A stretch of 64,000 nt of DNA from Obrimoposthia wandeli (taxonomy: Eukaryota): positions 2,418,001 to 2,482,000 of the forward strand of contig CDROCS010000506.1 of the NCBI GenBank assembly GCA_977020255.1. The letters are read 5' to 3'. The position numbers were made by a program, and so were the translations under genes. Each line of letters starts with the position of its first letter. Position 1 is the first letter of the stretch. This document shows, piece by piece, positions 11,078 to 22,997 of the stretch. Below the pieces are notes generated by a model. That model was not told where the DNA came from and did not search any database. It saw only the letters and a list, made by a program, of their open reading frames with translations.

Positions 11078-11434
11078 ATGTTGAGAGCCGCATTCGTTAC
11101 TCGTCAAGTTCCGCATGGCACTAGCCTTGCCAGAGAAACACAAGATGCCATTCTTGCTACTTCTGCATTAACAGAAGCGTTAAGTGTATTTTTTATTGGT
11201 GATGGCGTTTATCAATTAGTAAGCCAACAAAAGCCACAGGCTATCGCTTGTCGTGATTTTGCGCCTACATTTGCTATGTTTGAACTCTATGATATTGAAA
11301 ACATTTATGTGTGCGCAGACTCGCTGTTAGAGCGTGGTATTAGTGATGTCGACTTGGTTATAGACGTCGAGCGTTTAACGCAGCCGGAAATTAATCAACG
11401 TATACGTCAGCACGCCATTATTTTGAATTTTTGA
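11078..11434 (+). CDS. tusC: Sulfurtransferase complex subunit TusC (DsrF family)
   Basis: PHGTSLARE, VFFIGDGVYQL; between tusD and tusB. Confidence 0.9.
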   Translation: MLRAAFVTRQVPHGTSLARETQDAILATSALTEALSVFFIGDGVYQLVSQQKPQAIACRDFAPTFAMFELYDIENIYVCADSLLERGISDVDLVIDVERLTQPEINQRIRQHAIILNF

Positions 11435-11448
11435 TTGGTGATAAAATC

Positions 11449-11739
11449 ATGCTTCATATTATTAAGTCATCGCCGTTCTCAAAAAATACATTTATTGACA
11501 GTATCGCCTATTTTAATGATGGCGATGCGGTGATCTTTATTCAAGATGCCGTCGTTATTACGGCATCACAGCATAAATATGCTAAAATACTTCAAGATCT
11601 GATGCCAGAGTTAAGTGTTTACTCTTTGACTGAAGATTTGAATGCGCGTGGGCTAAGCTGTATTTTAGGACAGCAAGTTAGCTACCCTGAATTCGTTAAT
11701 CTTACCGTGGCGCATTTGCAAACTCAGACTTGGAATTAA
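11449..11739 (+). CDS. tusB: Sulfurtransferase complex subunit TusB (DsrH family)
   Basis: MLHIIKSSPF, IQDAV, EDLNARG; precedes rpsL as in E. coli. Confidence 0.88.
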   Translation: MLHIIKSSPFSKNTFIDSIAYFNDGDAVIFIQDAVVITASQHKYAKILQDLMPELSVYSLTEDLNARGLSCILGQQVSYPEFVNLTVAHLQTQTWN

Positions 11740-11879
11740 TTAAGTCTGATCTATACGAATTTTTTGTCGTTGCACTACAAACTATGGGTAAATTTTTATC
11801 TCGTAGTGTTGAAAAAGCGCTTTATTTACGATTTATTGGTTAATAAACTGATTTATTTTCAATAATACTGTTGTTATGC

Positions 11880-11908
11880 TTGACAGCTAAAGGCGCAATG
11901 ACTAAAAT
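11880..11908 (+). promoter_or_regulatory. str operon sigma70 promoter
   Basis: TTGACA-N17-TAAAAT plus GC-rich discriminator, like the E. coli str promoter. Confidence 0.8.
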
Positions 11909-11969
11909 TCTGCGTCCCTATATTAGGGATGATTTTTCACACGTAAAAAACTCAACGGAGCTATTTTAA

Positions 11970-12344
11970 ATGGCAACTACTAACCAATTAGTACGCAAGC
12001 CTCGCGTAAGAAACGTTACAAAAACTAACGTTCCTGCTCTTGAAGCTTGTCCACAACGTCGTGGTGTTTGTACTCGCGTATACACTACAACTCCTAAAAA
12101 ACCTAACTCGGCTCTACGTAAAGTAGCTCGTGTTCGTCTAACTAACGGTTATGAAGTTACTTCATATATCGGTGGTGAAGGTCATAACCTTCAAGAGCAT
12201 AGTGTTATCTTAATCCGTGGTGGTCGTGTTAAAGATTTACCGGGTGTTCGTTACCATACAGTTCGTGGTGCGTTAGATACAGCTGGTGTTAGCGACCGTC
12301 GTAAAGGTCGTTCTAAATATGGTACTAAACGCCCTAAGAATTAA
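11970..12344 (+). CDS. rpsL: 30S ribosomal protein S12
   Basis: [29 protein letters not shown]. Confidence 0.99.
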   Translation: MATTNQLVRKPRVRNVTKTNVPALEACPQRRGVCTRVYTTTPKKPNSALRKVARVRLTNGYEVTSYIGGEGHNLQEHSVILIRGGRVKDLPGVRYHTVRGALDTAGVSDRRKGRSKYGTKRPKN

Positions 12345-12425
12345 TAATTCTTCGTTTAGTAAGGCCAAGCAAACTGTTAACTATTTATTAGTTTTGGGTA
12401 ATACCTGAAGCACAACGAGGAATAA

Positions 12426-12902
<477 letters not shown>

Positions 12903-12970
12903 TTTTTTGACGCAGATTATTAATCTGCGTCAACTACTTTCTGTCTAGGTTTCCTAGTAAGGGATTTATT

Positions 12971-15064
12971 GTGGCACGTACAACTCCGATCGAGCTCTAC
13001 CGTAATATTGGTATTGTTGCTCACGTTGATGCGGGTAAAACTACAACTACAGAACGTGTTTTATTCTATACCGGTCTTTCACATAAGATGGGTGAAGTTC
13101 ATGATGGCGCTGCCACTATGGATTGGATGGAGCAGGAGCAGGAGCGTGGTATTACCATTACTTCTGCAGCGACAACAACAATGTGGAAAGGTATGGATGC
13201 GCAATTTAAGCAGCACCGTATCAACATCATTGATACTCCGGGACACGTTGACTTCACTATTGAAGTAGAACGTTCTTTGCGAGTACTTGATGGCGCAGTT
13301 GTCGTTTTTTGTGGTGCATCAGGTGTTGAACCACAATCTGAAACGGTTTGGCGTCAAGCTGATAAATATAAAGTACCACGTGTTGTATTCGTTAATAAGA
13401 TGGATCGCACCGGTGCCGATTTTGAAGCTGTAATTGACCAAATTCGTAATCGTTTGGGCGCAACTTGTGTTCCTATCCAGTTAAATATTGGTGCGGAAGA
13501 AGAGTTTGAAGGCGTAATTGATTTAATTAAGATGAAATCAATTAGCTGGAATGACGCAGATCAAGGGATGTCATTTAGTTATGGCGAAATTCCTGCTGAT
13601 CTACTTGAGCGTGCAGAAGAATTACATGAAGAATTAGTTGATGCTGCCGCTGAAGCTAACGATGAGCTTATGGATAAATACCTTGAAGAAGGTGAATTAT
13701 CTGAAGAAGAAATTAAAGCTGGTTTACGTCAACGCACGCTGAACAACGAGATCGTACTTGCGACTTGTGGTTCTGCCTTTAAAAATAAAGGTGTACAAGC
13801 GGTACTTGACGCAGTGGTTGAATTTCTTCCTAGCCCAACGGAAGTGAAAGATATCAATGGTATTGATGACGACGAGAACGAAGTTACTTGTCCATCAGAT
13901 GACGATGCACCGTTTGCTGCATTAGCCTTTAAGATTGCCACTGACCCATTTGTTGGTACGCTCACATTTATGCGAGTTTACTCTGGTGTGGTTAATACTG
14001 GTGATAGCGTTTATAATTCTGTTAAGCAGAAGCGTGAACGTTTAGGTCGTATTGTGCAAATGCATGCGAATGATCGTCAAGAATTGAAAGAGATCCGTGC
14101 CGGTGATATTGCTGCTGCGATTGGTCTTAAGGATGTTACTACTGGTGACACGCTTTGTGATATTAATCATAAAGTTATCCTTGAGCGTATGGACTTTCCG
14201 GAACCGGTTATCCAAATTGCAGTAGAGCCTAGAACAGTAGCCGATCAAGATAAGATGGCTATCGCGCTAAGTAAATTAGCAGCGGAAGATCCATCGTTCC
14301 GTGTTGAAACTGACGAAGAGTCAGCACAAACACTGATATCTGGTATGGGTGAACTTCATCTGGACATTATTGTTGACCGTATGCGTCGTGAGTTTAACGT
14401 TGAATGCAACGTTGGTAAGCCTCAAGTCTCATATCGTGAATCAATTCGTGATTCAGTTAAAGCAGAAGGTAAATTCATTCGCGAATTAGGCGGAAAAGGT
14501 CAATATGGCCATGTTCTGCTGAAACTAGAACCGCTTGACGCGGGTGCTGGTTATGAATTTGTGAATGAAATCGTTGATGGTGAGGTTCCTAGTGAATTCA
14601 TCCCAGCGGTTGAAAAAGGTTGTAAAGATCAGATGGACCAAGGTGTGTTGGCAGGATATCCTATAATGGATGTTCGTGTTACACTCTACGGTGGTTCATT
14701 CCACGATGTTGATTCCAATGAAATGGCATTCAAGGTCGCGGCTTCATTTGGTTTCAGACAAGGTGCTTTGGATGCAAATCCCGCTTTGCTTGAGCCGATG
14801 ATGAAAGTAGAAATTACCACTCCAGAGGAGTGGATGGGTGATGTTGTAGGTGACGTAAGCCGTCGTCGCGGCATGATCGATGGTATGGATGATGGCCACG
14901 CTGGTCTTAAAATTATTCATGCTAAGGTTCCTTTGTCTGAAATGTTCGGTTATGCAACCGCTCTACGTTCAGCTACTCAGGGCCGCGCTTCATACTCAAT
15001 GCAATTTCTTGAGTATAACGAAGCTCCAAAAAACATCGCTGACAAAATTATTGAAGCGAAATAA
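12971..15064 (+). CDS. fusA: Elongation factor G (str-operon copy)
   Basis: [24 protein letters not shown]; domains III-V present. Confidence 0.97.
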   Translation: MARTTPIELYRNIGIVAHVDAGKTTTTERVLFYTGLSHKMGEVHDGAATMDWMEQEQERGITITSAATTTMWKGMDAQFKQHRINIIDTPGHVDFTIEVERSLRVLDGAVVVFCGASGVEPQSETVWRQADKYKVPRVVFVNKMDRTGADFEAVIDQIRNRLGATCVPIQLNIGAEEEFEGVIDLIKMKSISWNDADQGMSFSYGEIPADLLERAEELHEELVDAAAEANDELMDKYLEEGELSEEEIKAGLRQRTLNNEIVLATCGSAFKNKGVQAVLDAVVEFLPSPTEVKDINGIDDDENEVTCPSDDDAPFAALAFKIATDPFVGTLTFMRVYSGVVNTGDSVYNSVKQKRERLGRIVQMHANDRQELKEIRAGDIAAAIGLKDVTTGDTLCDINHKVILERMDFPEPVIQIAVEPRTVADQDKMAIALSKLAAEDPSFRVETDEESAQTLISGMGELHLDIIVDRMRREFNVECNVGKPQVSYRESIRDSVKAEGKFIRELGGKGQYGHVLLKLEPLDAGAGYEFVNEIVDGEVPSEFIPAVEKGCKDQMDQGVLAGYPIMDVRVTLYGGSFHDVDSNEMAFKVAASFGFRQGALDANPALLEPMMKVEITTPEEWMGDVVGDVSRRRGMIDGMDDGHAGLKIIHAKVPLSEMFGYATALRSATQGRASYSMQFLEYNEAPKNIADKIIEAK

Positions 15065-15117
15065 AGTAGTCTTTATCATAAGATAGAGGCTTAACTGATA
15101 ATAAGAAGGTACACGTC

Positions 15118-16302
15118 GTGTCTAAAGAAAAATTTGTACGTAGTAATACCCACGTAAACGTAGGTACAATTGGTCACGTTGACCATGGTAAAACAACTCT
15201 AACAGCAGCAATCACAAACGTACTTGCAAAAGTATACGGTGGTGAAGCTAAAGATTTCGCATCAATCGATAACGCTCCTGAAGAAAGAGAACGTGGTATC
15301 ACGATCAACACTTCACACGTTGAATATGATACACCTAACCGTCACTACGCACACGTAGATTGCCCAGGTCACGCCGATTATGTTAAAAACATGATCACTG
15401 GTGCTGCTCAAATGGACGGCGCTATCTTAGTTGTTGCTGCTACTGATGGCCCTATGCCACAGACACGTGAGCACATCTTGCTTTCTCGTCAAGTTGGCGT
15501 TCCTTACATCATCGTATTCATGAACAAATGTGATATGGTTGATGATGAAGAACTACTTGAACTAGTAGAAATGGAAGTTCGTGAACTTCTTTCTGAATAT
15601 GATTTCCCAGGTGATGACCTACCAGTTATCCAGGGTTCTGCTCTTAAAGCGCTTGAAGGCGTTCAAGAGTACGAAGACAAGATCATTGAACTAGCAGACG
15701 CGCTAGATTCATATATCCCTGATCCTGAACGTGCTATCGACATGCCTTTCATTATGCCTATCGAAGACGTATTCTCAATCTCTGGCCGTGGTACTGTTGT
15801 AACTGGTCGTGTTGAGCAAGGTATCGTTAACATCGGTGATTCAGTAGAAATCGTTGGTATCCGTGATACTCAAACGACTACTTGTACTGGTGTTGAAATG
15901 TTCCGTAAACTGCTTGACGAAGGTCGTGCTGGCGAGAACATTGGTGCACTTCTACGTGGTACTAAACGTGAAGATGTTGAACGTGGTCAAGTACTAGCTA
16001 AGCCTGGTTCAATCACTCCGCATACTAAGTTTGAATCTGAAGTATACGTACTTTCTAAAGAAGAGGGTGGTCGTCACACTCCTTTCTTTAAAGGTTACCG
16101 TCCACAGTTCTACTTCCGTACAACTGACATCACTGGTGCTGTAGAGCTTCCAGAAGGTGTTGAAATGGTTATGCCTGGTGACAACCTTAAGTTTGTTGTT
16201 GAGCTAATCAACCCAATCGCGATGGAAGAAGGTCTACGCTTCGCTATCCGTGAAGGTGGCCGTACTGTTGGTGCTGGTGTTGTTTCTAAAGTAATCGCTT
16301 AA
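15118..16302 (+). CDS. tuf: Elongation factor Tu (GTG start)
   Basis: [37 protein letters not shown]. Confidence 0.99.
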   Translation: MSKEKFVRSNTHVNVGTIGHVDHGKTTLTAAITNVLAKVYGGEAKDFASIDNAPEERERGITINTSHVEYDTPNRHYAHVDCPGHADYVKNMITGAAQMDGAILVVAATDGPMPQTREHILLSRQVGVPYIIVFMNKCDMVDDEELLELVEMEVRELLSEYDFPGDDLPVIQGSALKALEGVQEYEDKIIELADALDSYIPDPERAIDMPFIMPIEDVFSISGRGTVVTGRVEQGIVNIGDSVEIVGIRDTQTTTCTGVEMFRKLLDEGRAGENIGALLRGTKREDVERGQVLAKPGSITPHTKFESEVYVLSKEEGGRHTPFFKGYRPQFYFRTTDITGAVELPEGVEMVMPGDNLKFVVELINPIAMEEGLRFAIREGGRTVGAGVVSKVIA

Positions 16303-16327
16303 TTCGATTAGTTTAAACAATATATAG

Positions 16328-16354
16328 AAAGGTCGCTTAGGCGGCCTTTTTTTT
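16328..16354 (+). terminator. str operon terminator
   Basis: AAAGGTCGC-TTAG-GCGGCC-T8. Confidence 0.85.
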
Positions 16355-16433
16355 CATCTGTAATTTATATCTCAAGTTAAAATAGGTGACGAATAAAGTC
16401 CGCCACCACTTATTTACTTTTACATTTCAATTA

Positions 16434-18776
16434 TTAGCGTTTTTTGGCATTTTGAAAGGCATCAGCAAACGCACTGTTACTAAAACCTGAACTTCTCTCT
16501 TCTGTTTTGCTTTGTCTTTTTAGTTGTGATTGCTTAGCGGATTTATGGCTGCTCTCAAATGTGGTTTTATTGCTTGTCACTGGATGATTACTCGTTGCAG
16601 ACACTTCATCATTTAATCGCATCGTGAGTGCAATACGTTTTCTGGCTACATCGACTTCGGTGACCTTCACTCTTACGATTTGACCTGCTTTAACCACAGT
16701 GTTTGGATCTTTAACAAAACCCTCAGCTAATGCAGAAATATGCACAAGCCCATCTTGATGAACACCAATATCAACAAACGCGCCAAAATTAGTGACGTTA
16801 CTCACCACGCCTTCAAGTATCATATCGACTTTCAGATCAGTCATTTTTTCTACGCCGTCTTTGAAGGTGGCCGTTTTAAATTCGGGACGTGGATCGCGGC
16901 CGGGTTTATCAAGTTCAGCAATAATGTCTGTCACCGTTGGTAAACCAAATTGTGCATTGGTATAGTCAGCTGGATTTAATGTGTGAAGGAGTGTTTTATT
17001 ACCAATTAATACTTCAACTTTATGACCAGTGTTCACCGTTATCTGTTTTACTACAGAGTATGACTCTGGATGCACACCTGAGGAATCTAATGCTTCTTTG
17101 CCATTATGGATACGTAAGAACCCTGCGCATTGCTCAAAGGCTTTAGGACCTAGTCTAGCGACTTTTTTCAATTCGCTACGTTTATTGAAAGCACCGTTTT
17201 CATCGCGATATTTTACAATGTTATTGGCGATGGTTGCATTTAGTCCGGCAACACGCGAAAGCAAAGGTGCTGAAGCCATGTTTAAATCAACACCAACTTT
17301 ATTCACACAATCCTCAATCACAGTATCCAGTTGTTTAGCTAGCAAGCTTTGGTTTACATCATGCTGATATTGACCGACACCAATCGCTTTAGGGTCAATC
17401 TTAACGAGCTCTGCAAGTGGATCTTGTAAACGGCGTGCAATAGATACCGCGCCACGGATGGAAACATCCAGTTGAGGAAATTCATTAGCAGCCAATTCTG
17501 ATGCTGAATACACTGATGCACCGGCTTCGCTGACCATGATTTTTTGTAATTTCAGTTCTGGTTTGGCTTTGATTAATTCGGCAACCAGTTTATCTGTTTC
17601 TCGTGAAGCAGTGCCATTACCGATACTAATGAGTTCGACGTTATAGCGCTTACACAGCGTTGCTAATGTTGATAATGATTGCTGCCATTGTTGTTGCGGT
17701 ACGTGTGGATAAATGGTGGTGTGGTCGAGTAATTTACCTGTTGCATCGACAACGGCAATTTTAGAACCAGTACGTAGACCAGGATCCAAACCTAAGGTAA
17801 CTTTCGGTCCTGCTGGCGATGCCATGAGTAATGCCGTCAGGTTGGCCGCAAATACTTTAATTGCTTCAATGTCGGCTGACTCTTTCATTTTTCCGATAAG
17901 TTCTGTTTCTAATTGACTCAGTAACTTTTGCTTCCAACTGCTGTGTACTACAGATTTCAACCATTCATCAGCGGGTTTATTTTGATAATGAATGCCGAGG
18001 TGCTTCGCGATAATGACTTCGCAATAACTGGTCGTGTTTTTTTCGGTAAATTCAGGATCAGCATTTAAACCGATCTGTAATTCACCGGCATTTTTACCAC
18101 GTAACATAGCAAGCATACGGTGTGATGGTACGTTCGCGATACCTTCACTGTGGCTAAAGTAGTCTTTAAATTTACTGTCTTCAGTAGCTGATTTTTTGTT
18201 TTGTTTTGATTCCAGCGTAGCATGTCCGAGTAACTGTCTACGTACTTTAGCAATAAGCTCGGCATCGACACTGGCTTTTTCCATCAGAATGAACTTTGCA
18301 CCTTCTAACACTTGTTCTGGTTCAGTAAAGCTGGCGTCAGAAGTGGTAAATTGCTTAGCAAGTTGTAATGGCTGCTGCTGAGGGTTTGCTATCAGCGATT
18401 CTGCTAACGGTGTTAATCCGGCTTCAATGGCAATTTGGCCTTTGGTACGGCGTTTGGTTTTAAAGGGTAAGTACAGATCTTCTAAACGAGTTTTAGTCTC
18501 TGCTGCATTGATGGCGGCGGTTAACCGTGGGGTTAACTTATCTTGTTCGGCGATATTTTTTAAAATTGTCTCACGGCGAACTTCTAATTCACGTAAATAA
18601 GTAAGGCGTTGCTCTAGCGTTCTTAATTGACCATCATCTAAGCCTTCGGTGGCTTCTTTTCGGTAGCGAGCGATAAAAGGCACGGTAGAACCTTCATCAA
18701 GTAATTTAATTGCAGCGTTAACCTGGCGGACATGCGCATTGATCTCTTGCGCGATGAGAGTAGCTAATTTAGACAC
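16434..18776 (-). CDS. yhgF: Tex/YhgF transcription accessory protein (YqgF-like and S1 domains)
   Basis: [38 protein letters not shown]-terminal S1 domain. Confidence 0.95.
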   Translation of the reverse strand: MSKLATLIAQEINAHVRQVNAAIKLLDEGSTVPFIARYRKEATEGLDDGQLRTLEQRLTYLRELEVRRETILKNIAEQDKLTPRLTAAINAAETKTRLEDLYLPFKTKRRTKGQIAIEAGLTPLAESLIANPQQQPLQLAKQFTTSDASFTEPEQVLEGAKFILMEKASVDAELIAKVRRQLLGHATLESKQNKKSATEDSKFKDYFSHSEGIANVPSHRMLAMLRGKNAGELQIGLNADPEFTEKNTTSYCEVIIAKHLGIHYQNKPADEWLKSVVHSSWKQKLLSQLETELIGKMKESADIEAIKVFAANLTALLMASPAGPKVTLGLDPGLRTGSKIAVVDATGKLLDHTTIYPHVPQQQWQQSLSTLATLCKRYNVELISIGNGTASRETDKLVAELIKAKPELKLQKIMVSEAGASVYSASELAANEFPQLDVSIRGAVSIARRLQDPLAELVKIDPKAIGVGQYQHDVNQSLLAKQLDTVIEDCVNKVGVDLNMASAPLLSRVAGLNATIANNIVKYRDENGAFNKRSELKKVARLGPKAFEQCAGFLRIHNGKEALDSSGVHPESYSVVKQITVNTGHKVEVLIGNKTLLHTLNPADYTNAQFGLPTVTDIIAELDKPGRDPRPEFKTATFKDGVEKMTDLKVDMILEGVVSNVTNFGAFVDIGVHQDGLVHISALAEGFVKDPNTVVKAGQIVRVKVTEVDVARKRIALTMRLNDEVSATSNHPVTSNKTTFESSHKSAKQSQLKRQSKTEERSSGFSNSAFADAFQNAKKR

Positions 18777-18824
18777 TTTGCATCCTTAAAATGAATCGAT
18801 TTGTGATGACATGAATTCTGATGA

Positions 18825-19310
18825 TTACTCTACAAATGGTGCGTATTGGATCTTGTTGATGTACCAGCGCTTATTACCTGCTGGTGTATGCACGTCTGCT
18901 TCATCATCCACTTGTTTACCAATAAGCGCTTTGGCCATAGGGGAATCAACGGTAACAAAATTACGTTGTGGGTCTAATTCGTCACGTCCGACGATACGGC
19001 ATTGAATGACTGTTGTATCATCATCTTCTAACTCGACATAAGCACCAAAATAGATGGTGCCATCTTGCTGTGGGTGATAATCAACGATCTCTAATACTTC
19101 GAGACGTTTAACTAAAAATCGGATCTCACGGTCGATGCTACGCAGTAGGTGTTTATTCTCTTTGTAGTCGGCATTTTCACTGCGATCACCGAGCGAAGCA
19201 GCCCAAGACACAACTTTTGTGACTCTCGGTCTTTCTTGTTTCCAGAGATACTTAAGGCGTTTATCCAAAGTTTCCCAGCCGACGCGGGTGATTAAGTTTG
19301 ATATAGCCAA
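18825..19310 (-). CDS. greB: Transcription elongation factor GreB
   Basis: WAASLGDRSENADY, IDREIRFL, DSPMAKALIGK. Confidence 0.93.
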   Translation of the reverse strand: MAISNLITRVGWETLDKRLKYLWKQERPRVTKVVSWAASLGDRSENADYKENKHLLRSIDREIRFLVKRLEVLEIVDYHPQQDGTIYFGAYVELEDDDTTVIQCRIVGRDELDPQRNFVTVDSPMAKALIGKQVDDEADVHTPAGNKRWYINKIQYAPFVE

Positions 19311-19392
19311 TGCGATGACCTTGTTAAATGATATTGAGGGGAAATTATAGCAATAGCGTCGCTGAATAGCTCATTTTCGTTATTCGAGGTAT

Positions 19393-19430
19393 AAAAAATG
19401 CCAGCTCGATAACTCGATACTGGCATTTTT
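19393..19430. terminator. Bidirectional-type terminator after pckA
   Basis: AAAAAATGCCAG...CTGGCATTTTT inverted repeat. Confidence 0.75.
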
Positions 19431-19472
19431 ATGCATTTATTAAATAGACATAACGTTCAATTTAAATAAAGC

Positions 19473-21104
19473 TTAAAGTTGTGGACCTGCAGCAAGCAGT
19501 GCTTTGCCTTCTTCGTTATCAGTGAACTTCTCGAAGTTGTTCACGAAACGTTTAGCAAGGTCGACAGCTTTCTCTTCCCATACATTGGCATCTGCATATG
19601 TATCACGTGGGTCAAGGATTTTTGTATCACAACCTGGTAATGTTGTTGGTACTTCTAAATTGAAGTAAGGGATAGTTTTACTTTCCGCTTTTTCAATTGA
19701 ACCATCAAGAATTGCATCGATGATTGCACGGGTATCTTTAATTGAAATACGTTTACCTGTGCCGTTCCAACCGGTATTAACCAAGTAAGCTTGTGCACCG
19801 GATGCTTCCATACGTTTAACCAGTTCTTGGCCGTATTTCGTCGGATGAAGTGATAAGAACGCCGCGCCGAAACAGGCTGAGAATGTTGGTGTTGGTTCTG
19901 TAATACCACGTTCAGTACCGGCTAATTTAGCCGTAAAACCTGATAGGAAGTGATATTTAGTTTGTTCTGGTGTTAGTTTAGATACCGGTGGTAAAACACC
20001 AAATGCATCGGCGCTTAAGAAAATAACTTTATTCGCGTGACCGCCTTTTGAGATCGGTGTAACGATATTTTCGATGTGCTCGATAGGGTAAGATACACGG
20101 GTATTTTCTGTTTTTGAACCATCATTATAATCAACAACGCCGCCGTCAAGTACGGTTACGTTTTCAAGTAATGCATCACGACGAATTGCGCCGAAAATTT
20201 CAGGTTCAGCTTCTGCACTTAATTTAATTGTTTTTGCGTAACAGCCGCCTTCAAAGTTGAATACACCATCGTCATCCCAGCCATGTTCATCATCACCGAT
20301 TAATTGGCGTTTTGGATCGGTAGATAACGTTGTTTTACCTGTACCTGAAAGACCAAAGAAGATCGCGGTTTCACCTTCAGAGCTAACGTTTGCTGAACAA
20401 TGCATTGATGCAATACCTTGCAGTGGCAATAAGTAGTTCATGTAAGAGAACATACCTTTTTTCATTTCGCCGCCGTACCAAGTACCACCAATAAGTTGAA
20501 TTTTCTCTGTTAAGTTGAAGGCAACAAAGTTTTCAGAATTTAGGCCGTGCTTTTCCCAATCTGGGTTTGTGCATTTAGCACCATTCATTACCACGAAATC
20601 AGGTTCGTAAGTTGCTAAATCTGCATCACTAGGACGGATGAACATATTCTTAACGAAATGTGCTTGCCATGCTACTTCAGTGATGAAACGAACTTTAAGA
20701 CGGGTATTGGCATTGGCACCACAATAAGTGTCAACAACGAATAAACGTTTGGTTGATAGCTGCTGTGTTACCAGTGTTTTCAGATCACTCCATACATCTT
20801 GCGTGATCGCTTTGTTATCATTTTTACCTTGATCTGACCACCACACTGTATCGCGTGTTGTATCATCACGAACAATGTATTTATCTTTTGGTGAACGACC
20901 TGTGAAAATACCGGTATCAACGGCAACAGCACCTGATTCAGTTACAGTACCTTTTTCGTAACCTTCGAGGCCTGCTTTTGTTTCTTCTGCAAAAAGTAGC
21001 TCGTAAGAAGGGTTATATACGATTTCTTCAACATCCTTGATGCCATATACCGATAGATCGATAGTGGCGCCAATAACTGTATTATTATTTTTTACGTCTG
21101 TCAT
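19473..21104 (-). CDS. pckA: Phosphoenolpyruvate carboxykinase (ATP)
   Basis: [36 protein letters not shown]. Confidence 0.98.
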   Translation of the reverse strand: MTDVKNNNTVIGATIDLSVYGIKDVEEIVYNPSYELLFAEETKAGLEGYEKGTVTESGAVAVDTGIFTGRSPKDKYIVRDDTTRDTVWWSDQGKNDNKAITQDVWSDLKTLVTQQLSTKRLFVVDTYCGANANTRLKVRFITEVAWQAHFVKNMFIRPSDADLATYEPDFVVMNGAKCTNPDWEKHGLNSENFVAFNLTEKIQLIGGTWYGGEMKKGMFSYMNYLLPLQGIASMHCSANVSSEGETAIFFGLSGTGKTTLSTDPKRQLIGDDEHGWDDDGVFNFEGGCYAKTIKLSAEAEPEIFGAIRRDALLENVTVLDGGVVDYNDGSKTENTRVSYPIEHIENIVTPISKGGHANKVIFLSADAFGVLPPVSKLTPEQTKYHFLSGFTAKLAGTERGITEPTPTFSACFGAAFLSLHPTKYGQELVKRMEASGAQAYLVNTGWNGTGKRISIKDTRAIIDAILDGSIEKAESKTIPYFNLEVPTTLPGCDTKILDPRDTYADANVWEEKAVDLAKRFVNNFEKFTDNEEGKALLAAGPQL

Positions 21105-21274
21105 TGGTATCTCCTGGGGGTACAGAGTTTAATTTATTGTTTCAGATTAAATTAAGTTGGGTTTTAAATTACATTTAGTATTAATGGGTGCACTAACGGC
21201 ACCCTTATTATTAAATATCGTACTGTTAAACGATGTGTTGTGGTGTATTTTCTACACTCTTATTCACATCTTGT

Positions 21275-22156
21275 TTAATGTACTGGGTTGCCGATTTGTG
21301 GAGAGTGTATGTCTTCTACATCTCCCGCATTAAAGGCATAAAGTGAACCGCAATAATCACAGTGCATCTCTATTTGTCCTTTTTCAGCAATAATATCAAG
21401 TAACTCTTCTTTTGCTACACTGAGTAATGCTACCGCGCTACGTTCGTGCGAACAACCACATTTAAACGATACCGTTTGTGGATCGAATAAACGTACTTTT
21501 TCTTGGTGATAAAGTCGTACTAACACATCTTCAGCATCAAGATTAAATAATTCTTCATCTTTAATTGTTGCTGTTAACGCTGCTAGGTGTTCAAAATCTT
21601 CATGCGAACTTTTCTTGTCGTCTGATGCGGGTAATTTTTGTATCATCATGCCAGCAGCGTGTTTTCTATGGCCGACTTTACCGGTGCGGAACCACAGGCG
21701 TGTCGTTAACTGCTCAGATTGTTCAAAGTATTGCTCTAGACATTCTTGTAACGTTTCACCACCAAGATCAACGATACCTTGATAACGTTCGCCTTTGTCT
21801 GGTGAGATAGTAATAACCATCACGCCTTTACCAATCAGTTCTTTTACATTGTTTGTGTCTGGTATTGAACCATTCCAGCGAGCCACACCACGTAGTTCAA
21901 GTTCTTCGTTACCATTAATAACGGCAAGTGTCACCGGACCATCACCTTGTAATTGAACCGTAATTGAGCCTTTAAATTTTAATGTCGCGGTTAAGAGACT
22001 TGTTGCGACTTGTAACTCACCAAGTAGGCGTTGAACGGGTCTTGGATAGTTTAGTTTTTCTAAGATATCAATAAAGCTTTGTTCAAGTTGTACAATCTCA
22101 CCGCGTACTTGATGATCTTCAAATAAGTAGCGGTGTAATAAATCTTTCTGGCTCAT
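21275..22156 (-). CDS. hslO: Hsp33 redox-regulated chaperone
   Basis: CGCS...CDYC Zn motif; YFEQSEQL. Confidence 0.96.
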   Translation of the reverse strand: MSQKDLLHRYLFEDHQVRGEIVQLEQSFIDILEKLNYPRPVQRLLGELQVATSLLTATLKFKGSITVQLQGDGPVTLAVINGNEELELRGVARWNGSIPDTNNVKELIGKGVMVITISPDKGERYQGIVDLGGETLQECLEQYFEQSEQLTTRLWFRTGKVGHRKHAAGMMIQKLPASDDKKSSHEDFEHLAALTATIKDEELFNLDAEDVLVRLYHQEKVRLFDPQTVSFKCGCSHERSAVALLSVAKEELLDIIAEKGQIEMHCDYCGSLYAFNAGDVEDIHSPQIGNPVH

Positions 22157-22175
22157 AATATTCTCGATGTTAAAG

Positions 22176-22577
22176 TTAATGATTTTTTATCCGCAATATC
22201 TCACGACGTTGTTTTTTGTCGGGACGTTTATCAGGGCGAGGGCTATGCAATGTATTCAGTTTACGCGCGACATCATTTTGTGCACGCTTTTCAACACTGG
22301 TTGGTGTTTCTTCATACAAAGTCGCCGCTTCTGGTGCCCCTCTCCTTTGTGCGGAAAGCTGCTTTACGATCACTTCCTTTTCATCAAAGCCTTGTCTTAT
22401 TTTTATTGTTGCACCCAACTCAACTGTTTTACTGGGTTTTGCCCGCTGATCATTGTAGCGAATCTTGCCACTCTGAATCATTTCTCTGGCGATGGCGCGG
22501 GTTTTGTAAAATCGAGCTGCCCACAACCATTTATCGAAACGTACGTCACTACTATCTGGTTTGGTATTTTTTGACAT
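22176..22577 (-). CDS. hslR: Hsp15 ribosome-associated heat shock protein
   Basis: VRFDKWLWAARFYKTR S4 domain, RPDKKQRR; start placed at ATG 22577. Confidence 0.95.
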   Translation of the reverse strand: MSKNTKPDSSDVRFDKWLWAARFYKTRAIAREMIQSGKIRYNDQRAKPSKTVELGATIKIRQGFDEKEVIVKQLSAQRRGAPEAATLYEETPTSVEKRAQNDVARKLNTLHSPRPDKRPDKKQRREILRIKNH

Positions 22578-22997
22578 AATTAATGCAACCATATTCCAAA
22601 TAAACGTTCTAATCGACTTGATTATAACAGATAAACAAAGCAGTAAGAGAGTCTTTTATTGGTGTGGAATACACATTTTATTAACTAAAGTAGTCAGTCT
22701 ATTTCACATTTCTTTCATCGTGCTTTCATTTGTAAGTGTTGTCATATCAGTGTGGCGAATAAGCAGAATTCATATATCCTTGAATAATAGCCGCTGATCT
22801 AGTGTAATAAAGGTTTAAAGTATTAAGCCATTGTTATTATTCGACTGATTTTATTAGTTTTGTGTTGTAGAGGCTTGTATGGAGCAAGCTCGGAGGCTAC
22901 TATTGTTCGGTTAATTTGCGTCATCTATCAGATAAACTTCAAACGTTGCTAGACGTACCTTATTTTTAAAATAATGCTGTATTAGGGTAATACCAAA

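Noticed and set aside
11970-12344. Streptomycin-resistance alleles in rpsL
   Set aside because: K42 (PKKPNS) and K87 (RVKDLP) are wild type
22593-22997. sigma32 promoter for hslR-hslO and the 78-aa ORF 22561-22797
   Set aside because: No convincing TTGAAA-N13-15-CCCCAT match found; the ORF is AT-rich intergenic sequence without SD or homology cues
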